From positions 2,560,001-2,624,000 of the forward strand of contig OY970368.1 in the NCBI GenBank assembly GCA_963718615.1: DNA of 64,000 nt, in the 5' to 3' direction. The notes beneath the pieces were generated by a model, which did not search any database, was not told the DNA's origin, and saw nothing but the letters and a program-made list of their open reading frames with translations. Numbering within the stretch: position 1 is the first letter of the stretch; every line of letters starts with the position of its first letter. The position numbers were made by a program, and so were the translations under genes. Of the stretch, positions 37,151 through 47,470 are shown piece by piece. The stretch is from an uncultured cyanobacterium. GTDB taxonomy: Bacteria > Cyanobacteriota > Cyanobacteriia > PCC-9006 > JAAUQQ01.

Positions 37151-38899
37151 ATGAACCTGCCCCTTGCGATCGACATTGCCATTGGTTTGATCTTTATCTA
37201 TCTGACGTTTAGCTTGATGGCGTCGGAAATTCAGGAGTTGATTTCAACCCTCCTCCAATGGCGAGCGGTCCATCTCAAGGAATCCATTGAGGGATTTTTA
37301 AGCGGAAACCGCACGAAGCAACTGCCGGAAGCGCATCTCATTGCCAACCTGCTCTACGAGCATCCGGCGATTCAAGTCCTCAACCATGAGGCCAAGGGGA
37401 TATTGGCCCGCTTGCCGCGCTTGCTCACCCGATTTATTCCCACGACGGTCTTTGGCAACCGCACGACTGGACCGTCCTATATTGCCTCTGAAACCTTTGC
37501 CCAGAGCCTGATTGAAACCCTGGGCCTCGACGATCTGGTGCAAAAGATCACGGCCCATCGACTCAATGCCCAGTTTCAACAGCTGCTGAATCCGCTGGAG
37601 TATGCCCAAGTCGAGGGAAAACTCAAATCCAGCCTACGGGCCTACCAAGCGGGACGTATGACGCTGGATGCGGTCATTCAACAGGTAGGCGAGGAATTTC
37701 AAAATCGCAACACAGAGCTGTTTCAAACCTATTTTGCGGATTTTACCCAGCGTCAATATTTAGCGAACCAGATTAGTCTATTTTTTTCCGATATTTTAGA
37801 AGCTAGCTATTTGTATGCGACCCTGAGCTGGCGGGCAAAACTCTGTCGGCGCACGCTCAAACTCGTCGAACGAAGCAAAACCCCCAGCGCAGAAACCCTG
37901 GCCCAAATCGAGACCTGGAAAGATATTCCAGAATCTCTGCGACGGACGCTGCGAGTAGTGGCAACGGCTTGGATGCAGAAGCAACAGGAGGTGAATATTC
38001 AGGCGATCGCCCAGCTACCTCCCGCCACCCGCAGTAAACTCGGGTTGACGGAACGGGACCTGGAAACCATTCCCCAGGCGGAGTTATTTTACAAAAGCTT
38101 TTTTGTCTATGAACAGGCGAAGAATGCGATCGAAGGCCGCAAAAGCCTAGCGGAGGTGGAGCAGGAACTTCAGCAGTTGCGAGACCATCATGAGCTACCA
38201 GGATTTTTCGACAATACGCTGGATCAAACCCTAGGCATCCTAGCAGTTATTCTCAACAATCCAGAGATCAAGGCACTCGTGGACCAAATTCCCCTAAGTA
38301 CGCTCGAAAGTCTCCAGACCCCGGCTCGTCAACTTCAGCTCAAAATTGATAATGTCGGTGAGGGGTTGCATCAGTTTCAGTTGGAAGTAGCCAATGGATT
38401 TGATCGCTCCATGGAACGGGCGGCGGGGGTGTATAAACGTAATGCCCGTGGTGTAGCGTTTTGCATTGGCTTTTGCATTGCAATGGTGGTCAATGCCGAT
38501 ACATTTTATATGGTGAATCAGCTTTCCCAGGAAGAGGCGCTGCGGGCTAGTGTCGTAGGTATTGTGGAGCGGCTACCGTCGGAGCGGCTGTTTGACGCCA
38601 GTGGAGATGCTAACCCAGAGACATTTTCGCGGTTGAGCAAAGATATTTATCCAACGCTGCCGATTGGTTGGGGCGATCGCAATCTCAAGCAACAATCCCG
38701 CGCCGACGGCAGCCGTGCCCCCTTCAACGCCATTCCAAGCATTACACCGCTGTTTATTTTGCGACGACTGGCGGGTTGGCTAATCACGGGTCTCGCGATT
38801 TCCATGGGGGCTGCGTTTTGGTATGACCTGCTCAGTAAGTTTATGAATATTCGCAATATTGGGAAGAAACCACCAGAGGGATCCTCGCGGCGGGTGTGA
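37151..38899 (+). CDS. Conserved hypothetical membrane protein
   Basis: Long ORF; N-terminal TM (IAIGLIFIYLTFSL), GPSYI, FDRSMERA.GVYKRN, LPIGW, GWLITGLAISMGAAFWYDLL. Confidence 0.75.
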   Translation: MNLPLAIDIAIGLIFIYLTFSLMASEIQELISTLLQWRAVHLKESIEGFLSGNRTKQLPEAHLIANLLYEHPAIQVLNHEAKGILARLPRLLTRFIPTTVFGNRTTGPSYIASETFAQSLIETLGLDDLVQKITAHRLNAQFQQLLNPLEYAQVEGKLKSSLRAYQAGRMTLDAVIQQVGEEFQNRNTELFQTYFADFTQRQYLANQISLFFSDILEASYLYATLSWRAKLCRRTLKLVERSKTPSAETLAQIETWKDIPESLRRTLRVVATAWMQKQQEVNIQAIAQLPPATRSKLGLTERDLETIPQAELFYKSFFVYEQAKNAIEGRKSLAEVEQELQQLRDHHELPGFFDNTLDQTLGILAVILNNPEIKALVDQIPLSTLESLQTPARQLQLKIDNVGEGLHQFQLEVANGFDRSMERAAGVYKRNARGVAFCIGFCIAMVVNADTFYMVNQLSQEEALRASVVGIVERLPSERLFDASGDANPETFSRLSKDIYPTLPIGWGDRNLKQQSRADGSRAPFNAIPSITPLFILRRLAGWLITGLAISMGAAFWYDLLSKFMNIRNIGKKPPEGSSRRV

Positions 38900-38970
38900 T
38901 CAAGGCGGCGGGTGTTCGCCATGGCCCACTAAAATGCATGAATAGACCCGCCGACCCGGCCCCCTAAACT

Positions 38971-39657
38971 ATGCCTCGCAACGTTGCCGATATTGATCTC
39001 CCTAGCTACATCGACCACGCCCTCCTCGACCCCGCTGCCACCGAAGACCAAGTGGTCCAAGCCTGCGGGGAAGCCGATCGCTATCGCTTTGCAGCGGTTT
39101 GTGTTTACCCCGTGCATGTGCGCCAAGCCGCCAATCTTCTCCACGGAAAATCTCCCAAGGTCGCCACCGTCATTGGCTTTCCCACAGGGGCAACCACCTC
39201 CGCCGTCAAACTCTACGAAGCCCAGGAAGCCGTCGAAAATGGGGCACAGGAATTGGATGTGGTGATTAATCTGGGCTGGCTGAAGCAGGGGAAGAGTGAT
39301 GCGGTGCATCGGGAGATCGCGGAAATTTGTGAAATGTGCGATCGCCCCGTCAAAGCCATCCTCGAAATGACCCGCCTCACCCCCGACGAAAAAAAATTAG
39401 CAGTTGATCTTTGTCTCGACGCTGGAGTGGCCTTTCTCAAAACCAGCACCGGCTGGGCCGGGGGGGCAACCGTCGCCGATGTTCGGTTCCTCCAGGAGAT
39501 GACGCGCGGTAACATTGGAATCAAGGCCTCCGGCGGCATCCGCACCGTCGACCAGGCAATCGAGCTGATCCTGGCAGGAGCCACCCGGATCGGCACCTCC
39601 CGAGGGCCAGCGTTGATTCAGCAATTGCACGAGCCTTCGAGCAACAGCCCCTCCTAA
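38971..39657 (+). CDS. deoC: Deoxyribose-phosphate aldolase
   Basis: [40 protein letters not shown]. Confidence 0.96.
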   Translation: MPRNVADIDLPSYIDHALLDPAATEDQVVQACGEADRYRFAAVCVYPVHVRQAANLLHGKSPKVATVIGFPTGATTSAVKLYEAQEAVENGAQELDVVINLGWLKQGKSDAVHREIAEICEMCDRPVKAILEMTRLTPDEKKLAVDLCLDAGVAFLKTSTGWAGGATVADVRFLQEMTRGNIGIKASGGIRTVDQAIELILAGATRIGTSRGPALIQQLHEPSSNSPS

Positions 39658-39706
39658 AAGATTTACCTAGGATCTACATTTAGGATCTACTTAAAGGTCG
39701 ATTTCC

Positions 39707-40567
39707 TTGAGTCAAACCTATACCGTTAAAGGGATTAACCTCAAAGCCGTTCCCCTGGGAGAGACCGATCGCCTGCTGACGATTTTGACCCCCGAGGCTG
39801 GGATCATTCGGGCGATCGCCCCCGGAGCCCGCAAACACAACTCTCGCCTCGCAGGACGCAGCAGCCTCTTCGTCATTAACGAACTCCTGGTATCATCAGG
39901 AAAAAGTCTCGATCGCATCGTCCAAGCTGATACCCTCTATTCCTTTCCGGGTCTATCCAAAGATCTGGGCAAGCTGACTGCCGGACAATACCTTGCAGAA
40001 ATCGTTCTCTACCAAGCCGTTAGTCACCAGTCCCAGGACTCCCTCTTTCGTCTTTTGCAAGAACATCTAGAACGGATTGAAGCCACCGAGCCAGACCAAG
40101 TTTTAGCACGACTCGTCCAAGCGACCTTCCATTTACTCGCCCTGGCAGGTCTAGCGCCCCAGGTTTATCGTTGTTGTCGTACCCAAATCGACATCCAGCC
40201 CCCCTTAGTTAACCCCCGATGGAGAATCGGTTTTAGTGCTGCTTTTGGCGGATTGCTGTTCCCTGGGGAAGAACATCGTAAAACCCTCGTGCGGTTAAAC
40301 AGCTTGGAAGTCGCCGTATTACAACGACTCGCCGAAGCTGAACTCCCAGATCTCGGCAATCTCCTAGAAAAGGCTACGCTTTTCCCCCAATGTCCCCCTA
40401 CCCCCCCGATAGAATCAGACACCCCGCTCTCCTATCCACCCCCTTGGTTGGCTCTAGAACGCGCCCTCAGGGGCTATGTCGAGTATCATTTCGATCGGAC
40501 GATTCGCTCAGCCACGCTCATTGATAGCTATTTTTCCTCGCAGACGCCCGCTGTATCCTTTCCATGA
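39707..40567 (+). CDS. recO: DNA repair protein RecO
   Basis: GETDRLLTILT...G.IRAIAPGARK OB-fold; TTG start; deoC-recO context. Confidence 0.92.
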   Translation: MSQTYTVKGINLKAVPLGETDRLLTILTPEAGIIRAIAPGARKHNSRLAGRSSLFVINELLVSSGKSLDRIVQADTLYSFPGLSKDLGKLTAGQYLAEIVLYQAVSHQSQDSLFRLLQEHLERIEATEPDQVLARLVQATFHLLALAGLAPQVYRCCRTQIDIQPPLVNPRWRIGFSAAFGGLLFPGEEHRKTLVRLNSLEVAVLQRLAEAELPDLGNLLEKATLFPQCPPTPPIESDTPLSYPPPWLALERALRGYVEYHFDRTIRSATLIDSYFSSQTPAVSFP

Positions 40568-42045
40568 CCGAACAGTTCGATTCACAACTGGATGGCGCTG
40601 AGTTGAATAGCGCTAAATCTTCCCGCCCTCCGCAAGAAACATGGGAGCAGCAGGCGGGCGACTTTCGCATCTCTCCTCAAGGCAGCCATCCACTCGGTAG
40701 CGGTGAGGTCATGCCAACAGGAGCTCATTCTCCCGAGGAAACAGCCAACGCGCCAAAGGTCGACTCAGGCTTTTTGCCGGTTCTCAAGAATTTTAATTTT
40801 TTGACCCTATGGAGTGGCCAAGTCTTCTCCCAATTGGCCGACAAGGTGTATCTGGTCCTGATGATTGCGTTGATTAGCAGTCGCTTTCAAGCAGAAGGAC
40901 AAAGCATCAGCGGCTGGGTCTCGGCCATTATGATCGCCTTTACCTTGCCTGCCATTTTCTTTGGCTCTGTGGCGGGCATTCTGGTGGGTCGCACGGCAAA
41001 GCAGCCGGTGCTCGTGCTGACCAATATTCTGCGGGGAGCCCTGGTTCTGAGTATTCCGTTTCTGCTGGGCTGGGTGGGCAATGCCCCAGGCTGGGGCGGT
41101 TTGCCCTTGGGATTTGACCTGCTCTTGGGGGTCACTTTTTTGGTTTCCACGCTGACGCAGTTTTTTGCTCCCGCCGAACAGGCGATTTTGCCCCTTGTGG
41201 TCGAAAAACGTGATTTGTTGTCCGCCAATTCCCTGTATACCACCACCATGATGGCGGCAAGCGTCGTGGGGTTTGCCATTGGGGAACGTGTACTGGACTG
41301 GGCTGACCATTGGGTGCAGTCACTGCTGGGCCTTGCCAGCGGTAAGCCCCTGGCGGTGGGCGTCAGTTATCTCCTAGCAGCGGGGCTAATTTTACTGATG
41401 CGTGTCCATGAGCCCGATCACATGACCGCCTCGGAAACCCATATTTGGCAAGATATCCAAGACGGGTTGGATTTTCTCAAAAAACATCGACAGGTGCGGG
41501 GGGCCTTGATTCGCCTAGTCGTGCTCTTTTCTGTGTTTGCGGCCTTGGCGGTGTTGGCTGTGCGGCTTGCCCAGGTAATCCCTGCCCTTGAAACGGATCA
41601 ATTTGGCTGGCTGTTGTCAGTGGGGAGCTTGGGTCTTGGCGTTGGGGCCATTGTGGTTGGACAGTTTGGTGAACGTCAGTCGCGGGCCAAACTGGGCATC
41701 GTAGGCACCCTAGGCATGGCTGCTTGTTTGGTGGTGTTGGCTTTGTTTGAGACTCATTTGGGTTGGGCGATCGCCAGCATCACCCTCTTCGGCTTTTTTG
41801 CTGCACTGCTTGGAATCCCAGCTCAAACGACCATTCAAGAAAAGACCCCACCTCAAATGCGGGGCAAGATCTTTGGGCTGCAAAATAATGCCGTTAATAT
41901 CGCCTTGAGCCTCCCCCTAGCCCTAGCAGGAATCGCAGAACAGTTCCTGGGTTTACGAATTACGTTTCTTGCCCTGGCCGTGTTTATCGTCATCGGCAAT
42001 CTTTCCACCTGGTACTTCAATTTCCCCCGGCGATCCCCATCCTAA
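40564..42045 (+). CDS. MFS transporter
   Basis: NFLTLWSGQVFSQLAD, QFFAPAEQA, MRGKIFG; ~12 TM helices. Confidence 0.9.
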   Translation: MTEQFDSQLDGAELNSAKSSRPPQETWEQQAGDFRISPQGSHPLGSGEVMPTGAHSPEETANAPKVDSGFLPVLKNFNFLTLWSGQVFSQLADKVYLVLMIALISSRFQAEGQSISGWVSAIMIAFTLPAIFFGSVAGILVGRTAKQPVLVLTNILRGALVLSIPFLLGWVGNAPGWGGLPLGFDLLLGVTFLVSTLTQFFAPAEQAILPLVVEKRDLLSANSLYTTTMMAASVVGFAIGERVLDWADHWVQSLLGLASGKPLAVGVSYLLAAGLILLMRVHEPDHMTASETHIWQDIQDGLDFLKKHRQVRGALIRLVVLFSVFAALAVLAVRLAQVIPALETDQFGWLLSVGSLGLGVGAIVVGQFGERQSRAKLGIVGTLGMAACLVVLALFETHLGWAIASITLFGFFAALLGIPAQTTIQEKTPPQMRGKIFGLQNNAVNIALSLPLALAGIAEQFLGLRITFLALAVFIVIGNLSTWYFNFPRRSPS

Positions 42046-42152
42046 AACGTCCTCAATCTTTAGGGAGAAACTGGGATCCGAAAGCAGACAGGGGGAAAGA
42101 GAACGCGGTATATTGCAGAGGTTTAAGGCTTATCAAGACGCCGTTACAAAAC

Positions 42153-43322
42153 ATGCATATCGCTTGGCTCGGGAAGAAGTCACCGTTTTGCGGCAATGTA
42201 ACCTATGGTCGAGAGGTGACCAATGCGCTGCTAGAGCGAGATTATCAGGTTAGTTTTCTACATTTTGCCCAGCAAAGGCAGCCTGGGGATCCACAACCTG
42301 ACTATCAGGAGGTGTCGATTCCCTGTCTCTATAAGTCCCAGATTTATACCATTCCTTCACCTCGGGCCAGTAAGGTTCTGGTTCAAGCCCTTAAGACGCT
42401 CAAACCCGATATTGTGCATGCTTCGCTGACGCTGTCGCCCCTGGATTTTCGTCTCCCCGAGGTCTGTGAAGCCTTAGGGATCCCACTTGTTGCCACATTC
42501 CACCCGCCCTTTGACCACAAGTTGCGCAATCTCACGTCGGGCACCCAGCATCTGACCTATCAGCTCTATGCGCCTTCCCTGGCCAAATACGATTGTGTCA
42601 TTGTGTTTTCTAATCTACAGCGGGATTTGCTGATGCGGTTGGGGGTACCGGGCGATCGCATCGCCGTCATTCCCAATGGGGTTGATCCCGATCGCTATTG
42701 TCCTCCGACCTATCCAACCCCTCGCACCTTGGCCCAGGAGCTGGGAGCGGAGCGTTTGTTTATCTATCAAGGCCGAATTTCCAACGAGAAAAACGTCGAA
42801 GCCTTGCTCAAAGCCTGGAAACTGGCAGACATGGGACCCCGTTGTCGGCTGCTGATCGTGGGCGATGGCCCCTTAAAGCCAACCCTGGAGAGCTTTTATG
42901 GTGAGGAACTTGGGGTGATTTGGTGGGGCTTTGAGGCCAACGAAGCGCGACGGATTCAATTGCTTCAGAGCAGCGATGTCTTTATTCTGCCGTCCCTGGT
43001 GGAAGGACTGTCGCTTTCCCTGCTGGAGGCCATGGGCTGTGGTTTGGCCTGTCTGGCCACCGATGCTGGAGCCGATGGTGAAGTCCTAGAGAATGGTGCA
43101 GGGGTAGTCCTGAGTACTCAGCGTGTTACCACCCAACTCCAGACGCTCTTGCCCATTTTCCGCGACCATCCTGAAATCACAGCTCTGTTAGGGCAAAAAG
43201 CGCGACAGCGCGTTCTTGAACGCTACACCCTGCGGCAAAACCTGATTGAAGTGGAAGGGATCTACCGTCGGCTGCTGCATCCTGCACCTCAACCCCTTTC
43301 CCTCGGCAAGTATGCGTCCTAG
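42153..43322 (+). CDS. dgdA: GT4 glycosyltransferase, probable digalactosyldiacylglycerol synthase
   Basis: MHIAWLGKKSPFCGNVTY N-terminus recalled from cyanobacterial DgdA; PSLVEGLSLSLLEAM GT4 motif. Confidence 0.72.
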   Translation: MHIAWLGKKSPFCGNVTYGREVTNALLERDYQVSFLHFAQQRQPGDPQPDYQEVSIPCLYKSQIYTIPSPRASKVLVQALKTLKPDIVHASLTLSPLDFRLPEVCEALGIPLVATFHPPFDHKLRNLTSGTQHLTYQLYAPSLAKYDCVIVFSNLQRDLLMRLGVPGDRIAVIPNGVDPDRYCPPTYPTPRTLAQELGAERLFIYQGRISNEKNVEALLKAWKLADMGPRCRLLIVGDGPLKPTLESFYGEELGVIWWGFEANEARRIQLLQSSDVFILPSLVEGLSLSLLEAMGCGLACLATDAGADGEVLENGAGVVLSTQRVTTQLQTLLPIFRDHPEITALLGQKARQRVLERYTLRQNLIEVEGIYRRLLHPAPQPLSLGKYAS

Positions 43323-43343
43323 CCAAGTGCTTTAACCAGTACT

Positions 43344-43730
43344 TTAAAAGGAGGAATGACTGGTCCGGCGTCCAAGCTCAACCATCGAACCGGCGAGGCA
43401 GGCTAGCATTCCGCCGCTGACCGAACCTCCCCGACCTAGGGTGAGGGCAATCAGCAAATAGCAACCGATTCCGAGGGCAATAAACGGAATAATGCTCATC
43501 AAAGATGCGTAGAAGCCGTTAATTGCTTCCCGCACGGGTCTTGTGGTCTCAAATTCTACTTGGCTAAAGTAGAGCGATCGCTCCGCATTATTAAACCAGC
43601 GCGTAAGTTGTTCCGTAATCCAGTCTGCCAGCGGCGAAAGCATAATGTAGAGCGCTAGCGCCCAGAGGCTCATGCCGATAAGGGCAAAGCGACTGATCGA
43701 AAACTGAAACGCAAACAGGTCGATTACCAT
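43344..43730 (-). CDS. Conserved hypothetical membrane protein
   Basis: Hydrophobic ORF with GGAG RBS; AERSLY...F...R..RE..N.FYAS. Confidence 0.7.
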   Translation of the reverse strand: MVIDLFAFQFSISRFALIGMSLWALALYIMLSPLADWITEQLTRWFNNAERSLYFSQVEFETTRPVREAINGFYASLMSIIPFIALGIGCYLLIALTLGRGGSVSGGMLACLAGSMVELGRRTSHSSF

Positions 43731-43847
43731 GGCCCTCCTTCAAGTGCGGGTGGCACGATTGCAGCTGGATTTTGGTCGTCGATTTACAATTGGCCATATC
43801 CAGTAAAGCAGAACTTTGCTCAAACTCAACAATTTGAAATCTTTTCT

Positions 43848-44771
43848 ATGACAGTTGCTTCGTCATCATTTGTGGCTCAGACTTGGAATTGGCGTCATTA
43901 CCAGGAAACCTATCGCATTCATGCCGTGAAGGCAGGCGATCGCCGCTCCGATCGTCCTCCCATTCTCTTCATCCATGGCTTTGGTGCTTCAACGGTTCAT
44001 TGGAAAAAGAATATGGTGTCGCTCCAGGCGGAAACGGAGGTCTGGGCGATGGATTTGTTGGGGTTTGGGCGATCGGAAAAGGCGATCGCCCCCTACAGTG
44101 GCCAGTTTTGGAGTCAGCAAATCCATGGGTTTATCCAAGACGTGATTGGAGCGCCTGTGGTGCTTGTGGGCAATTCTATCGGAGGCTATGCAACGCTTTG
44201 TACGGCGGCAGATTATCCTGAGTCGGTTCACAGTGCCGTTTTGCTCAATAGTGCTGGGCCGTTTAGTGGGGAGCGATCGCAATCCTCGCTTTCGATCAAT
44301 CCGCTCATGCGAACGTTGCAACATCTTCGCCAAGACACGTTTCGGCAGGCATGGGTTCATTTGCTGGTTTTCTTGAGTATGCGACGGCGATCGACGATCC
44401 GAAAAACCCTTTCTAAGGTTTATTTCGATGCTTCGACGATTACGGATGAACTGGTTGAAGCCATTTATCAACCCGCTTGGGAAAGGGGGGCCTTCGGCGC
44501 GTTTTCTGCAATGTTTTCATCACCGTCTGGAGAGCCCATTGATACGTTACTCAATCGTATGCATTGCCCTTTGCTGTTGCTTTGGGGGGCTAAGGATCCT
44601 TGGTCTCGTACAGAAGCTCGCAGCCTCTTGTTCCGAAGATTTTATCCTGAGCTCACGGAGTATTTTTTAGAGGCGGGTCACTGTCCCCACGATGAAGTGC
44701 CGGAGCAGGTGAATCGCCTGTTGAAAGAGTGGTTGACAGAAGATTGGTTGACAGCGGTGCCTCAAGCATAA
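43848..44771 (+). CDS. Alpha/beta fold hydrolase
   Basis: HGFGAS, DLLGFGRS, GNSIGG, WG.KDPW, AGHCPHDE. Confidence 0.92.
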   Translation: MTVASSSFVAQTWNWRHYQETYRIHAVKAGDRRSDRPPILFIHGFGASTVHWKKNMVSLQAETEVWAMDLLGFGRSEKAIAPYSGQFWSQQIHGFIQDVIGAPVVLVGNSIGGYATLCTAADYPESVHSAVLLNSAGPFSGERSQSSLSINPLMRTLQHLRQDTFRQAWVHLLVFLSMRRRSTIRKTLSKVYFDASTITDELVEAIYQPAWERGAFGAFSAMFSSPSGEPIDTLLNRMHCPLLLLWGAKDPWSRTEARSLLFRRFYPELTEYFLEAGHCPHDEVPEQVNRLLKEWLTEDWLTAVPQA

Positions 44772-44776
44772 TCTCT

Positions 44777-45473
44777 ATGATCGATCACGACCGTCTCTTC
44801 AAAGAACTGCTCACAACCGCAGGTTGAGCGTTTGCGGGTAAAAGTTGAGTGCTTGCGCCTACTGGCAACGCTTAAGCTCAATCCGGCCAAAATGCGCTTG
44901 ATCTCAGGATTTGTCGATACCTATCTCAAGCTCAATCCCCAGGAAACACAACAGTTTCAAACCGAGATTGATAGCATGGAACCAAGACAACGGGAGGTTG
45001 TTATGCAGATTGTTACCAGTTGGCTAGAAGAAGGGCTCCAGCAAGGGCTCCAGCAAGGGCTCCAGCAAGGGCTCCAGCAAGGGCTCCAGCAAGGGCTCCA
45101 GCAAGCATTACAACAAGAGCAGAGTATGGTTTTGCGCTTGTTGCGGCGGCGACTGAGTCAGCCAGTTCCTCAGGCGGAAGCAGAACAGGTGCGGAGCCTA
45201 TCCCATTGGCAGTTGGAAGAATTGGGGGAAGCGTTGTTAGATTTTACTGATCTGGAGGAGTTGAGAGCTTGGCTGACTGATTTGCAGGAAGAGCAGGATT
45301 CGCTCCAGTTGCTGCTTGGGGAAAGGTTTGGGGAACTGGAGTCGGAGATGAAAAAACGTATGTTAGGCGTAGGACGCCTGCATCTCGCTCAACTCCAGCA
45401 AGACTTGCCCTCTCTGTCAGACATCAATGCATTGCGCCAGTGGCTTGACAACATCTCAGTCGAAACCCGCTGA
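44777..45473 (+). pseudogene. Rpn-like / DUF4351 gene with internal deletion and frameshift
   Basis: ATG 44777 reads MIDHDRLFKELLTT then stops at 44825-44827. A different frame continues ...ERLRVKVECLRLL..ISGFVDTYL..IVTSW.EEG(LQQG)n..QLEELGEALLDF. Confidence 0.75.
45031..45102 (+). repeat. 6 x 12-bp perfect tandem repeat (AAGGGCTCCAGC; GLQQ)
   Basis: Directly visible; typical of Rpn/DUF4351 linkers. Confidence 0.95.
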
Positions 45474-45499
45474 AGCTAATGCTGCGTTTTTAGAAAAGC

Positions 45500-45526
45500 A
45501 AAAGCCCCGCTCATGGCGGGGCTTTT
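45500..45526. terminator. Bidirectional intrinsic terminator
   Basis: aaaagccccgc-tcatg-gcggggctttt between convergent genes. Confidence 0.9.
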
Positions 45527-45560
45527 ATTTCAACTCAACCAGAGGGATTTAACCAAAGGT

Positions 45561-47099
45561 TTAGAAGCTGAACTTGGTGCGGAGAGAACCAATCCAGATG
45601 CTGTCATTATTATCGTTACCGCCAGGATTGGAAATATAAAATACACCAGGCTGAACGCTGATGTTGTCGCTCACTTTAAAGCGGTAGAACGCTTGAGCCA
45701 GCAGCGGCGCATTAGGGGTCTCAGTAAAGGCAGTACCAGTTTCATCAGTTACGTAGGTGTAGTTGCCAACGGACAAACCACCATAATTGCCCTGACGGAA
45801 GAGGTCGGGGAAACCAAGCTGAGCAGCCCAGTTAAAGAGGGTTGCATCAGAGTTGCTGTCCTTGGAATCAGCCCAGCCCCAGCCAGCCCAGCCAGAGAGG
45901 TTGAGCTTAGAGCTAAGCGCATAACCAGCGTTTAAGCCAACCGCATCAATAGTGGAAGACTCTACGCCTGCACCACCGGAAGAAAAGTAAGCATGGTTGT
46001 AGGTTGCAGCCACGACCAGCTTGTCACCGGGAGTAAAAGTCAACTGAGCGAATGCGGTATTGTCGCCACCAGTCAAGCCGTTGTCGGTTCCAGCGATATT
46101 CGCTTCACCACCCAAATAGGCGGCAGCAACGTTAATAGAATCCGTGAGCTGATAGTTGAAACCAGCACCAGCACCAGAAACCAAGCTGTAGGACAGCGGG
46201 TTACCATTGCCGAAATAGTCGCTGACGGTGTCATCCATCAAGCTGGCAGTAGTCGGAGCGATTTCGTCAGCTTCGAGGTCAACAACCCCTACATAAACTT
46301 GAGCCTTACCAATGGGGAAGCTGTAGTACAGGTTATCTAACGTGAAGTTTAGACTCCCATCACCACCGGTTTCATAATCTACAGCAGCTTCATCAAAGCC
46401 TGTACGTCCTCGTACTAAACCGTTGTCATCGACATCAGCTCCATAGCTTTGGATGTTTCCAGCCGTTAAGTCCATGGTCAACAAGTCCCGACCCGTGAAG
46501 CTGGTATTGAGCGTCAAGGTTACATCACCACCCAAGGTGACTTCATCTTGAACACTAGCAGGACCATCAAAGGCAGAGCCTAGATCAAAGACAGCCTCAC
46601 CCACGAGCTTGGTAGTAGTGGAGAACTGGTTGGCTTCGAGCTCAGCGGTGCGAGCTTCGAGTGCGTCCACACGACCGCGCAGCGTAGCCAGTTCAGCTTG
46701 GAACTCTTCTTGTAGGCGTTGCAGCACAGCCAGATCTTCAGCGGTGACCAAGTCAGCTGTTGCAGACGCGATCAGTTCGTTGACGCGATCCAAACAGGCG
46801 TTCAAACCCGCAGCAAACTCATAACGGGTCATGGCCCGGTTGCCGCGATAGGTGCCGTCGGGATAGCCCGCGATACAGCCGTAGCGCTCAACCAAAGATT
46901 GGAGCGCTTGGAACGCCCAGTCGGTGGGTTGCACATCGCGGAGCTGGGACACGGAGGTCACCTGGCCCATGGACTGGCCTTCAGCCGCATATTGGCTGAT
47001 TTGAGCCAGATTGGCTTCTTGAGCTTGAACGCTGGTGGCGATCGCCATACCCAAAAAAGCAGGAGCAGCCAGGAGGGCCTTCCAAGAAATCTTAGTCAT
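45561..47099 (-). CDS. Cyanobacterial porin (SLH + OprB-type barrel), copy 1
   Basis: QVTSVSQLRDVQPTDWAFQALQSLVERYGC, NQFSTTTKL, C-terminal RTKFSF. Confidence 0.95.
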   Translation of the reverse strand: MTKISWKALLAAPAFLGMAIATSVQAQEANLAQISQYAAEGQSMGQVTSVSQLRDVQPTDWAFQALQSLVERYGCIAGYPDGTYRGNRAMTRYEFAAGLNACLDRVNELIASATADLVTAEDLAVLQRLQEEFQAELATLRGRVDALEARTAELEANQFSTTTKLVGEAVFDLGSAFDGPASVQDEVTLGGDVTLTLNTSFTGRDLLTMDLTAGNIQSYGADVDDNGLVRGRTGFDEAAVDYETGGDGSLNFTLDNLYYSFPIGKAQVYVGVVDLEADEIAPTTASLMDDTVSDYFGNGNPLSYSLVSGAGAGFNYQLTDSINVAAAYLGGEANIAGTDNGLTGGDNTAFAQLTFTPGDKLVVAATYNHAYFSSGGAGVESSTIDAVGLNAGYALSSKLNLSGWAGWGWADSKDSNSDATLFNWAAQLGFPDLFRQGNYGGLSVGNYTYVTDETGTAFTETPNAPLLAQAFYRFKVSDNISVQPGVFYISNPGGNDNNDSIWIGSLRTKFSF

Positions 47100-47470
47100 A
47101 CTCTTTCCTCACACCTTAAAAAAGGATTATGGAAGCAATGCTTCCCACACAACAAAAAGTTAGCACAGACTTAACCATGAGATCACCTTCGGTTAAGGAT
47201 TCTCGATAGTCGTTTCTGCCACTCCCTCAAGATTCCCTCCGCTCTGGCTAAAGATCTCACCTTTTTTTAAGAGCTTAGGAGGGGTCTCGACCCTCATAAT
47301 TTTTCGGAGACGCTTTCTGAAATCTATCTGGAGAAAGAAATCTAGAAAGCCGGGAGAAGAAGAACGTCAGGGAACTTGCCCACAGGTCATCCTCAAAGGG
47401 TTGACGGATGTTTCTTCTTAGATGTTCCTTCCAAAAAGCAAAATTATTCAACAGTGCTTTGAACATGCTT

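Noticed and set aside
45031-45102. Perfect 12-bp repeat as CRISPR or novel element
   Set aside because: In-frame GLQQ linker typical of Rpn/DUF4351 proteins
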